From contig NC_068985.1 of NCBI RefSeq assembly GCF_001194135.2, positions 11,025,212 through 11,089,211 on the forward strand: DNA of 64,000 nt. The letters run 5' to 3'. Below, in pieces: positions 1 to 11,933 of the stretch. The position numbers and the translations under genes are program-made. The notes under the pieces were generated by a model that saw only the letters and a program-made list of their open reading frames with translations, ran no database searches and had not been told where the DNA came from. The stretch is from Octopus bimaculoides (taxonomy: Eukaryota). Position 1 is the first letter of the stretch. Each line of letters begins with the position of its first letter.

Positions 1-902
1 GTAAGGCCCTCTTGCTTTTCCGGCGCTCGGGCAACGCCAGCGGTGGGGGTTCCACACGGATTTTATATAGTGGGTTGGTAGAGTCTGAATGCGACGATGG
101 CCTAGGGGTGACTCTAGGTCTCTGGTTTATTCAACTGGACAGCCTGTTTCACCGTACATTCGGGTTGAGAACGTTGGACAACTTCCAAAAGTCCTTAACC
201 TGGCAATGCTACAGAGGTGCCTTGCCCGTTTGGGATAAGCTTGCAAGACACGGTAAGCGTCAGTCGCCGACCTGTCCAAGATGCGGGGGAGACAGGGAAA
301 CCATCCCTCAGGCTATTGTTCAGTGTCCGGAGATATCTGAAATGTGGGCTTATGCTGAACACCTGTTGTCCGGCGAAGGAAGAGTACAGCTGTCGACTGA
401 GTCAATTATAAAAATTGATCCACCGGGAGTTTTAACAAACGAAGGTGAGAATTGTTTTTTCACAGCAATAGCGAAAGAGGCAGTATGGAAGACGAGGATA
501 AAAGGAATTAAGACAGGCAACTTTATCTCTGGCCACAATTTAAGTTCATTTTTTACTTTTCATTTGAAAAGGAAAGTGTGGCTGGAGAGGAGATGTCTGT
601 CGGAGTGTACGTTCTAAAAGAGATGGAAGCATGTTGCACGAGTGTTGTGCGTGCAAGGAACCGTGCGAATAGTCAGAAAAAAATGGAAAATAGGTGCCAG
701 CGATAGATCGGGGCTTGTGGGGTCGGAGCATGGCCTGATCATCGCTTCATTTGTGTTGTCTAACGTACTGTTAATATCATTCGATTTTTTATATTTTATA
801 TTATTTTTAAAGTCATATTCTATGTAGACCATTCGCATTACTGATCCCAATCAGTTGTTTTGTACCATTCTATGTTTAGCCCTCTGTGGGCAATAAAGAA
901 AT
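1..902 (+). mobile_element. L1/Tx1-like non-LTR retrotransposon, 3' end (ORF2 C-terminal zinc-binding region plus 3' UTR)
   Basis: ORF 12-617 contains WQCYRGALPVWDKLARHG..PTCPRCGGDRETIPQAIVQC, the C-x2-C..ET..H..C zf-RVT pattern of L1/Tx1 ORF2. The frame continues past the stop at 615 (xKRWKHVARVL). It is homologous to the copy at 20.6-21.3 kb, including the 3' UTR motif GGGCT(T/C)GTGGGGTCGGAGCAT. Confidence 0.85.
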
Positions 903-1102
903 TGGTATTTCGTCTGCCGTTACGTTCTGAGTTCAAATTCCGCCGAGGTTGACTTTGCCTTTCATCCTTTCGATAAATTAAGTACCAATTACGATAAATT
1001 AAGTACCAATTACGCACTGGAGTCGATGTAATCGACTTAATCTCTTTGTCTGTCCTTGTTTGTCCCTTCTATGTTTAGCCTGTTGTGGGCAATAAAGAAA
1101 TA
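903..1102 (+). mobile_element. SINE family A, 5'-truncated, tail type A1
   Basis: Starts at GGTATTTCGTCTGCCGTTACGTTCTGAGTTCAAATTCC (B-box-like GTTCAAATTCC) and ends in the tail ATGTTTAGCC..GTGGGCAATAAAGAAATA. Contains a 21-nt internal tandem duplication at about 971-1012. Confidence 0.9.
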
Positions 1103-1300
1103 AGAAACGTTAGTACGCCGCGCGAAGTACTTAGCGGTATTTTGTCTGTCTTTATGTTCTAAGCTCAGACTCCGCCGAGGTCGACTTTGATTTTCATCTG
1201 TTCGGGGTCGATAAATTAAGTACCAGTTGCGTACTGGGTCGATCTAGTCGACTGGCCCCCGCCCCCAAAAGTTTCGGGCCTTGTGCCTAGAATAGAAAAG
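1103..1300 (+). mobile_element. SINE family A, tail type A2, head-to-tail with the previous copy
   Basis: Starts AGAAACGTTAGTACGCCG, has the same body as the previous copy, and ends in the tail CCCCAAAAGTTTCGGGCCTTGTGCCTAGAATAGAAAAG. Confidence 0.9.
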
Positions 1301-1403
1301 TACGGAAAGAGGGTGAAGATAGAGACATACAGTACACCCAGTGCCCTTCTTTATATATGTACGTATAAAGATGTGCACTCGTGCACCTGCATTTGTGTGT
1401 GTA

Positions 1404-1804
1404 CAGTAGAACCTTGCAGTCCGAGTTTTCCATTGTACGTGTAATTTGCTGTACGAGCTGAGTCGCGTGCCAGTTTTTGTCTTGAAGTACGATCGGAAAT
1501 CTGCAGTACGAGCGAGTTTCATACAAGCACAAATCATACCATCTTTAATGTAACTCAGTTCATAAAACCAATTTATGTATCTCTTTTGCATTCTCTCTTT
1601 TTTTATAACTGCCCGTTTTGCTTGTAACTACACTTTTCCTGTTTTAAAACCCACAAAAATTATTTTTCAGTGGTTTTGGACGACTGGAACGGATTAATTA
1701 TAGTTTATTTAATTTCAATGAGAAAAATTGATTTGTAAAACGAGTAAATCGTAAGAAGAGCTCAGCCATGGAACAAATTAAACTCGTACTGCGAGGTATC
1801 ACTG
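1404..1804. mobile_element. pogo/Tigger-like MITE
   Basis: TA-flanked imperfect TIRs: CAGTAGAACCTTGCAGTCCGAGTTT (1404) versus the reverse complement of the right end, CAGTGATACCTCGCAGTACGAGTTT (20/25 identical). GTACGAG motifs are repeated internally. Confidence 0.7.
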
Positions 1805-2450
1805 TATTATGTAAGAAATCGCGTGTGTCATCTTGAAAATCAGAAGCTCAATCTTTACATTCACAGCGCTTTACGATGGATACCAACTGAACCAACAGCA
1901 TTTCAATCTATCTGCAACTGCTCTCACAGTTAAGTTTTTACTACAATGTGTTTGGAATAAAATATATAAAACTTCTCATTTTAAAAATAACTTTTGAAGT
2001 GTGTTGAGGCATTGTGTCGCGCCAATGTCTGGATTTTAAATGTTCTATAGTTGCCAATATTTCAGGAAATCAATGTAAAAATAACAAAAACAGTTAGATT
2101 AAATGCATAATGTATACGCACGAAAGTAAAATGTAATAAAAGCGATTTTTTCAGTGTATAGAAATTGATTCCTAATGCATTTGTCACGATATAATATTTT
2201 GCTGCAGGCAACGCAAACTTTACATGAAATAGGTTTTTAAAGTGAAACCTGATAATTTCTAAATGCTTGTAATGGAAAATATTGTATACATCAAGTGTAC
2301 TTTATGCCATCTAACGATAGTTACTATTTAACTAGTATAATTTCCCATCTTCACATTTATGATTGTTCTTGAAAGACAGACTTTTCCATGAAGTTTAGCA
2401 AAGGAAAATGCATATTTATTAATAAAACTGAACAGACAAGCATTGTTAGG

Positions 2451-3272
2451 TATGGTGTGTCGAGTTAAAAGTTTTATCAAATGTTCGAAGTTATTTGCTT
2501 TATTTGTCAAGTTACAACAAAAGCGGTCTAGCATTAAAATTAGAGGCCATCATGCTGCACCGTCTGAAACCGACTTTCTGCCATTTCTTGGATGCCGCCC
2601 TGATACCAGTTATTGTCTTTCGAGGCGTAAAACTCCTTCACTGAATCTATTTACTGTGAGTGATATCGGTTTGATTCCTTCAGTTTTCTGTGAATTATTC
2701 CAGGTAGGTCGACCGATTCGAAGTCTTTCCTTGTCTTGCTGCCGAAGAGAACGCCTTCCGCTAACCAACGTTGAGTATTTTTGTCGCGCAATCGCAGACG
2801 TCCGTGAGATGCCGAGTTCCCCTGATATTCCGATTGCAACTCGCTGAATTTGCCTTTATAGCTTGAAGCACGCCCTCGGAGTCCACGGTTTTATGCCTAA
2901 TCGACCTTGCCTGATCATCGAGGTTCTTGCAGCCGGAAGAATTCTTCTTGAATCATCTGGTTACTGTTCTGCGACTAACCACGCCATTACCTTTCGCACA
3001 ACAAATGGTTTTGGTTGCTCCTGCGGCGATATGGCCCTTTTCGAAATCGTAAGACATAAGTTCCCGAATTAGAATACGTTACACGTTAATCTGGGCGGTT
3101 TTCAAATCACACATGGAATGAAGCAAGTCACAGCGTGTCAGCACACCAGCTAACACAATACTACCAACATCAGCGGTTATGTCTAGAGTTTGACCTGCTT
3201 ATGTCACGTGATATACATGCCGTAAAGTAGCGGATATGTCAATATTGCAAAACTTTTGACTCACATCAATAT
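2451..3272 (-). mobile_element. Internally deleted, decayed mariner transposon
   Basis: The minus strand encodes a mariner N-terminal HTH (IRELMSYDFEKGHIAAGATKTICCAKGNGVVSRRTVTR*FKKNSSGCKNLDDQARS) and C-terminus (VKEFYASKDNNWYQGGIQEMAESRFQTVQHDGL). Degenerate TIRs lie at about 2451-2485 and 3241-3272. The catalytic middle is missing. Confidence 0.85.
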
Positions 3273-3290
3273 ACAGCCCTAAAGAGTAAA

Positions 3291-3460
3291 AGAATCTTTT
3301 CTACTCTAGGCACAAGGTCCGAAATTTTTGGGGTAGGAGCCCAGTCGATTAGATCGATCCCCAATACGCAAATGGTACTTAATTTATCGACCCCCCCGAA
3401 GGGATGAAATGCAAAGTCGACATCGGTGGAATGTGAACTCAGAACGTAAAGACAGAGGGA
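3291..3460 (-). mobile_element. SINE family A (A2 tail), 5'-truncated
   Basis: Reverse complement of the family A body and the A2 tail. Confidence 0.85.
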
Positions 3461-4629
3461 ATCGCGCAATACAAATATTGAAACAAGATAAACTATACTA
3501 ACCGCATGTATATCAGACGAGCAATGGTAATAATATTAATTGTACTAAATATATTAATTTGTTCTGGTAATTCATACTATCAGTTCCTCAGTGTTACCAA
3601 ATGTTATAATTGCCAAAACTGCTAACTCTTGGAAAGGTGAAAGTGACAATTGGATTATAAATTCCGTAATATATCAATTACATATACAAATTTACACATT
3701 TCGTTTAATTTGCTATTTCTTTGAATGTTTAAATCGTTATTTGAGAAAATTTAAACTATTTATCGCATCTAATTAATAAAGAGAATTCTATAATATCTAG
3801 TACTCTGAAAATAAAACCGAGATGTTGACAATATATGCTTAAATTTGACACTAAATGTACAGGAATAATTGTGTATGAGTGAAAATAATTATATGTCTGA
3901 TTATATTTATCATACTTCATCTTTATATTTCAGCTACAATTTACGTACTGTTAATTAATTATGAACTCTTAAAATTAAATTTATGCAAAAGAGTCTTAAC
4001 TCATAATAAAGACATTAGACATACATATACGTACGAACACAAAGAAAGTTTGAAAGCATCGAATGTGGTTGGCGTTTTGCAGAGAAGAAAGTAAATTACA
4101 CACGTAGTAAAGCTGTTAGGAAAGCAGAAGAGGTAAAAACAATTGCTATCAGGCAGCTACGGGACTCGAATCTTCACCCCACGGGCTGGGCGCTCTAACC
4201 ATTAAGGTAAATCGTTCCCGATAGCAATTACCCTCAGTTTTAATGTTGAATTATATCTTTGGAATGCAATAATATCTTATAAATAAATTTCGGAGCGTCG
4301 AATGTTGTTGGTATTTTGAAGACAAGAAAGTAGATTTAGAATGCACTAAGGCTGAAAATACAACTAAGAAAGAATGAGCATTTATGCTTCTAGGACTCGA
4401 AACCGTACCCGTACAACTCACACGACGGGCTTTCAGGTTCTGTTTACCAAACCCACTCCCAAGATGCTGGTCGATCTTTGGCTACAGTAGAAAACTCTTC
4501 TTGTTCAAAGTGTCACATAGTGTGATTGAAATCAGAACTACGTGGTTTAGAGGTAAATTTCTTATCAGTCACGCCTCAGCGTATATGCCACGCGTGAGCC
4601 TATATTCAAAAGTATTACATTATTGATTT

Positions 4630-4880
4630 CAAATTTTGTCACAGGGCTAGCAACGTAGGAGGAGAGAAGTCGATTACATCGACCAAGCACTCAACTGGTA
4701 CTTATTTTATCGATCCCGGAAGGATAAAAGGCAAAGTCGACCTCGGCAGAATTTGAACTCAGTGCATAAAGATGGACAAAACGCCGCTAAGTATTTTGTC
4801 CGGTATGCTAACGATTCTGCCACCTGTCCGTGTAAGAAAATATTCTTTATTACTCTAGACACAAGGCCCGAAATTTCAAA
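4630..4880 (-). mobile_element. SINE family A copy (4630-4830) preceded by an extra A2 tail fragment (about 4840-4880)
   Basis: Family A body with head (rc GTGGCAGAATCGTTAGCATACC), plus the upstream tail fragment ACTCTAGACACAAGGCCCGAAATTT. Confidence 0.8.
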
Positions 4881-6324
4881 ATTCCGATATTTGGCAATTT
4901 CCCGGAATCTCCGTATCCGAAAAGGTGGGTTTTGGGGAAAAAGAAAATTTAAAAAAAAACAATAATTTGCCGGAAAATGGGTGTTGGGGGAGAGGAAGTT
5001 TTTCCGAAATATCCGTACACACGTTACAGAGTAATACATATTTATTAATTTTTACAATGGAAAGTTTGAAAGCGACTTCGAAGTTTTGGTTTGCACACAT
5101 AAATACTAATTATTAGTATTTAACTAATTTATTAGAGATATTTCAATATACAAGACCCAGAATTTTGTGTATCCATCGATCAAAGATGTTGCATTTAGTC
5201 GTTGATATCTAATCGTATGTGGACAACTAATGAGAACACCTTTTTGTGGATATACTGTCTTCGATTTTGTGTAATAATAGGACTGCATTGGAGATTATTT
5301 TGTTTTTGTCTTTTAGTAAGATAGTACATTGTTGAAGGATTAACAATGATAATAACATATTTATGATAAGTCACTATTTGTAATAAATGACTGTTATATC
5401 GTTTATTAGATTATAACCTGAACTACGTTAGACAAATATAATGATTTTGGAATAGGAATTTGTGTCTGAACACAAATGATATTTTACACTAATTACTCAC
5501 GGGAGTACTTTATCTGTACTACATCATGAGATGAGTTACAATTACTGTCTGTATATATGTGAGCATGTGTGACTTCATATATATATGTGTGTGTGTGTAT
5601 GTACCTTATGCAATCAACGATCTTTTGCGATTATATGCAATTATTTCCTAAATTTCTAATACGGTTATTTATTCCTTACGACACCAGAAACCATTTCTCA
5701 CATTAATGAACTGACGCAACTGCTCATGAAGAGAGGAATAATCGACTGTTCTAAGCTAGTCCATGATTTATTGGGAAAATTTGGTAATAGCAGCTCTGTC
5801 AAAGCATAGCATAACGTAATAACGTAGGAGGGATAGCCTATTACGATGTCATCTAATATATAGTGTCTTCCATACAAACTTTGAAAAGGTTTAAAATCTA
5901 CTCGATGTTGGACAGTCTTGGTCTAAGCATAAACAAGCAGAGAATATGTAAATAGTTGTACTGGATGAAAGAAAAAGCCATCCACATGAAGTTTGTTGGA
6001 CGGAACTGCAGCCATAATGTATACCGTTATTATTATTTTTTGCGGTGGTGGCTTCATGCCTGTAATTTATAACAGTTTGTCAACTTTAGTCTTTGCATTG
6101 CAAAATGGTCTCTTCCTTTACTTTTTTGTTTATTTTTCTGCTTTTGTATCACAATGCTTCAAGTAATCTGTAAGGCTCTCCTTTATCTCTTTGGTGACAC
6201 CATCACAATATACAGTCTTTCGAGAGAAGGTGAAATAATTCGGTTTTGGAAAAGTGGGTGTCAAAGCACATGATTTGGTAAAGAATGGTTTCAAATTTTG
6301 GCAAAATGCTAAAATTTTTTTTTG

Positions 6325-6690
6325 CGGGGGACAATCGATTATATCGATCTCATTGTCCAACTGATACTTATTTTATCGACCCCAGAATGCTGAATGGCGT
6401 AGTGCACCTGCGTGGAATTTAAATACAGAAAGTAAAGACTGACGAAATTCCGCATGTCCGGCGTGCTAAAGATTCTTTTCTACTCTAATTACAAAGCCGG
6501 AAATTTTGGGGAAACAAGGTTAAGTCGATTATATTGACCCCAGTATTCAACTGGTACTTAATTTATTGACCCTGAAAGGATGAAAGGCAAAGTCGACCTC
6601 GGCGGAATTTGATCTCAGAACGTAACGACAAAGGAAATACCGCTAAGCATTTTGTCTGGCATGCTAAAGATTCTGCCAGCTCACCGCATT
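6325..6690 (-). mobile_element. Two SINE family A copies in head-to-tail tandem
   Basis: A full copy at about 6480-6690 with an A2 tail joins directly, at rc GTAGAAAAGAATCTTTAGCACGCCGG, to a second older copy lacking its first ~15 nt (about 6325-6480). Confidence 0.85.
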
Positions 6691-7732
6691 AATAATGCAA
6701 TTGACAAGAGCTTGTAAACATTGGGTTGAAAAATGGTTTTGGATAGAATAATTTCAAGGATCTCCGTGCGATTTGAACCCACATCCCTTGAAGTCATTAA
6801 AGGTTTACTTCCGTGGAACACTCAATCTTTCAAATTTCTCTTTCCGTTTTAGAAACTTTACACTTATTAGCAAAATTTGTATGTTGTTGGCATCATAGCA
6901 ATTTACAAACATTCTGTCATATCTACGGGTTATTCCATGTAAAGTCCCACGCGTAGTGTTCCACCTTTTCTATCCAGAAGTGTTTTTCAACCTAGTGTCC
7001 TCTGGATTCAATGTTCGAAATAAGACTTGTTTATACGTTTGAAGCATTTTTTTGACAACAGTCAAAGAGGAAAAACTGGAGAAAAATGTAGTCAAATTTA
7101 TATATAAGAAGAATCAAAACCCAGAAAACACACACACACACACACACACACTAACACATACGTAAGTACATATCAACAGGAAAAAAGAGAAACTATTAAA
7201 GACTTTGGTAACTTTCATAAATTAGAAGCGCTTGCGTATGGTCGGTGTATACATTAAAATAAATTACCCCACAAACAGCCTTCCTAAGGCCAATTCTAAA
7301 ATGCTCTCCCTTCTCTCCCAAATTTATAATTGCAACATTAGGACAGGAACATTTCCACAAGAAGATAAAGGTTATTCATTGTGAGTTGTTTATAGAATAT
7401 AACAAAGAAATGTGGCCCGTCCGAAATAGACAAAACTTTTGTTGGCATATATTCCTCAGTATTTGATGCGATTTCTAAGTCGTTAGTTGTGGCTGTCATA
7501 AAAGGTGGCACAAGATGCGAAAGTTTATCTCTTGGTTTCCCTTGTATTATTTATATTCTTGAATAATTGTATCTTTAATATACGATCTTTAATATACTTG
7601 TTAAAAGATTTGGTATACATACATACGCCTTTGTATGTGTGTATTCTGCATAAACATATATATGTGTGTGTTCTGCATAAACATATATCTCTTCCAAATT
7701 TACCTCTTTATATGCTAATATGAACATACATA

Positions 7733-7851
7733 GATACATACATACATACATACATACATACATACATACATACATACATGAGGCTTGGAAGCAACCCTTG
7801 TCTGATAACCTTAAATACATGTCCAAAGTAGTTGCTCGACTCTCCCGCAAC

Positions 7852-7908
<57 letters not shown>

Positions 7909-7925
7909 ATGTATGTATGTATGTA
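7733..7925. repeat. (TACA)n and (TA)n microsatellites
   Basis: Read directly from the sequence. Confidence 0.95.
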
Positions 7926-9330
7926 TAGAAGTTCTTTTCCTTTTCCTGTATATTCAACTGTTTTCTCTTAATATCTTTTGACTTGTAATCCAAATGAGTG
8001 TCAGTTTTTGTTTTTCTAATTCTTTTCCTTGAGTGAAATCGTACTACATTTGATAAGCCATAGGTAAATATGAGTTCCTTCACTTCAAATCGGATTGCAG
8101 CGAAATGCAAAGAATCCTTATATGCCTTATATGCTTTCCGGATTCTATCACACTTCTTTTTAGTTATGTTCAAAGCAGCGCTGGTTGTGTGATATCACGT
8201 GGTTATACTTAGCTTTAGAGATGCATGAGCCGTGAGATGTTATAAATTGTACAGCGCAACTAATATGTTCTCTTTGTAAAACCGATGTGTCTGTTTACTT
8301 GTGTTTGTTCTCTTACCTAGAAGTTCCGATACCAACCTGTACTTGTAGACGTTTCTATACGTCATCACACATTCTTAAAGTTTTACAAGCGCTTGACCGA
8401 AATGTTTGTATCAATATAATATCTCCGCTGTTTGGCTGTTGCTATCTATGCAAACAAAAAAAGTCATATCTCTAGTTTGTAGTGTTCGTTGATAGATAAC
8501 GTACCGACATCAATCGATGTTGCTAAAAAATATCAGCCAAATCTTCGTTCACTAACAACATTTCACTAACTAATTCGATAATGAGTTATGCACCTAAATT
8601 TTAGAAACAGATAACATGAAACCAATTAGATTAAGCTTCTTCTTGATTTGCTCCATTGTGACCATAAATTTTACATACGGACATTTCAGACGGCATGGTC
8701 ACAACTGGAAAATTCCCACTGAACGTATACTCAATTTGGGTACGTGTGATAAAAATGCAAAAACACAAATACGTCCCTAATTATATTGTCAGCCTCTGAA
8801 GGTATTTTAAACTATTAACTATTATAATCACGACCATCTCAAACAAGAGTTGTTTTCCTACGCACCCACGTGTTGCAGGTTGTTTTTATTTTAGCATATT
8901 TTGCTTTTTTTTTGTGTAACCTATGGCATTCCAAATTTTTAGAACTTCCAATAAGACAAAGTCACGATAATTTAATATAGAAATAGATTTTTAGAAAGCA
9001 AAACATTCTCGACGCCGCAATTAGTATTTCGTTATCTCACCGTTGATTATATATTCTGCTCTATGATAAGGAAGAGAATCGTTTAGGCATTTTATTTAAC
9101 TTTTGCGAGAAAATAGAAATATGTTCATTAATATGATTAGATATTGTTTCTTTTGCTTTGTCTTTGTATTTAGTCAGCGAGTTTCCTGATACGAATTCGA
9201 ATGTGGAAACAAATCTTTTGCCTTGGGAGGGTTATTACACCAATGCAAATAACATTCCTTCATTATGAGTCAATTGGTTAAATATCTAACCAATTAACTA
9301 ATCGAGATGATTAGGTTGTTTAAGGTGCTG

Positions 9331-9475
9331 AAGGCGCATGGCTCAATGATTACAATGTCGGGCTCACAATAATGAGGTATTGAGTTCGATTCCCGGAGCG
9401 GGCTGTGTGATATGACCTTGAGTGAGACACGTTGCTTCAGATCAATCGCTCTGTGATCACTTCGACATCTGATGT
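9331..9475 (+). mobile_element. Old tRNA-derived SINE head with CORE-like segment
   Basis: GGCGCATGGCTCAATG (A-box-like), GAGTTCGATTCCC (B-box), then TGACCTTGAGTGAGACAC, which resembles the CORE motif. Confidence 0.6.
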
Positions 9476-10292
9476 GTTATAGACTGTGTAACCTTTCCAG
9501 ACAACGCCAGTTTGATGCAGAGAATGAACTTAATGGAGAGTACAAATAGCTGATCATCGCTAAAACCAAATCATTTATACAGGTTGACCTGCAAGGAACT
9601 GTAGAACATCTTTCTCAGACTGCAAGAGACTACGATCCTCATCTCTTGGTAATCAAAATAAGAGCGATATTCTGCGGCCAAATCATTAACAGCGTAATCT
9701 CTTCAATAGATAATTTACCTCGTATACAAAGAAATAAATAAATAAAACAGCAACCGATACTGTCCGTTTTATTTCCTGCGCTGTTATTTATATCTGGCTT
9801 ATATTTTTGTTTTCATGCATTCATATTTGCCTTCATACTATCTGTTTATATATTTATATAAGGTTTTGTTTCTGTGGCCATTTGTGAAAGCTTTTTTTTT
9901 TGTATCATCACATTTGATAAGTTTGCTATTTTGATTTTTTTTTTAATGTTTTACTATATACAGACTAGTTGCTTTGTTACCTGACTTTTTATGACTTAAT
10001 GCCAGCTTTTCCTGTTGTCACTTGAGTTGCTATCTACAATAGCTAGTATCCACGATTATTAATTTATGTTACATTGATATTACTATACGTATGCCGTTTA
10101 TTACATTAACTTTTCTCTCTCTCTTTGTAAACGCTAGTTTTGTTACGATACTCAAAGCTTAAGAGGTATTATCTGTATGTATTAGATTGTTTGTTTTTGT
10201 AATATATTTTCATACTTTACATTAAAGATAGATTAGTATAGCAACAGACTTGAGGTAGTAAGTTTTTTTTACTTGAATTTCTTTGTTCTGGA

Positions 10293-10720
10293 TCCGGGCT
10301 CATTCCCACTGCGTGGCACCTTGGGCAAGTGTTTTCTACTATAGCTTCTGTCCGACCAAAGCCTTGTGAATGGATTTGGTAGACGGAAACTGAAAGAAGC
10401 TCGTCGTATATATACATATATATATNNNNNNNNNNNNNNNNNNNNNNNNNNNNNNNNNNNNNNNNNNNNNNNNNNNNNNNNTATATATATATATATATAT
10501 TCATGTGTGTGTATATATTTGTGTGTCTGTGTTTGTTCCCACAACATCGTTTACGTCCCTCTAACGTAGCGGTTTGGCCAAAATAATTCGATACAATAAG
10601 TACTAGGCTTACAAAGAATAAGTCCTGGGGTGGATTTGCTCAACTAAAAGCAGTGCTGCAGCATGGCCGCAGTCAATGGACAGAAGCAAGTAAAAGAGGA
10701 AAAGAATAAAAAATAAGAGT
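10293..10720 (+). mobile_element. SINE family B, 5'-truncated, with internal TA/TG microsatellite containing a gap
   Basis: GGCACCTTGGGCAAGTG (CORE-like), GTGAATGGATTTGGTAGACGGAAACTGAAAGAAG, microsatellite, and a tail ending in AAAAGAG-type repeats. Confidence 0.9.
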
Positions 10721-11869
10721 AGTCACGTAATCATTTCATTTCACGTTCGGGATTGATTCCAGGTTTACTTAATGAAATTTCCAAAGTCAGAATATGTTTT
10801 CATAGCAAAAGCAATATTGATATCCTGTTATTATATAGTCATAAGCCCACTACAATTACATTTGGGTTAACACAAACCAGTCTTAACCGAGCAATCAGGT
10901 GAAACATAGCCAGTCACCTCAGTAATGTGACACAACTAAGAAATCCATCTTCACCACTTGTATAAGTTAAATTCAACGCTTAGTTCAGAAACATATGATA
11001 ATATCCGATACACAGTGTTGAATTGAATATAGTGCAGAGGAAATCATGACATATTGCAATCTTTTCATTGTCCAGTAATTTTATCTACGATAGTATATCC
11101 TAATGGTAGCTTTCAGTTGTCTAAGAGCAAGGTAGTAGATGCTTCTTTCCAAATTTTGTGGATGATCAGCGTTCCAGGACAGAGCTGGAGTTTGAAACAA
11201 GCAAATCCAATAAATGTGGAAAGCTATTTTCCGTGCATGTGTTCATGTACGTATATGTGACTAAACGTTCTAATAGGGAGCAATAAGGATTTTAGAATTC
11301 TCTGGTACTATCTGGGCATGCTATAATCAATCCTCAGATTTTGAAGTGGGTTTTTTTTATAGCTCTGGCAGCAATAGTCGGTCTTGTACCATGCTGAGGG
11401 TGACATGGTCTTTGACACCCTGCCTGTCAAAGTATTCTTTCTGTTTCATTTCTGCATGTATAGTCTGTGTACAACCTGTCATAAGGCGTAAGGTGCTCTG
11501 TCGTGTTCATTGAAATCTGAGGTGTGCAGTAGAATTGTTGGGTGCGCCTGTCATGATCGTGGGGTATGACAAAGGCCGACAATTCATGCCTGTCATCATC
11601 CATGATTAATATGGCTTATGTACTCTATACCATTGGTGTTTATTAATGTTGGTCAAATGTGGCATCTGTGATCGATACAGTTTGATTTTGGTTCCTTTCT
11701 CTCTGCTTTTCTCATGCGCAAAATATACAAATCCTGGCCCAAGGCCGTACCAAGTGGCGGTATTCCATCAACATAAGAATTAAACATTTTCGAAGCTACC
11801 AGATATGTCAGGTTTTCCGTTGTTTTTTCATTTAATCCTGAAAAAAAATATATATGTATGCATGTTGTA

Positions 11870-11900
11870 TGTGTATGTGTGTAGTGTGTGTTTATATGAC

Positions 11901-11933
<33 letters not shown>

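Noticed and set aside
11330-11520. Minus-strand MKQKEYFDRQ, reminiscent of an LTR-retrotransposon integrase C-terminus
   Set aside because: The match is too short, and no other integrase motif or LTR is visible.
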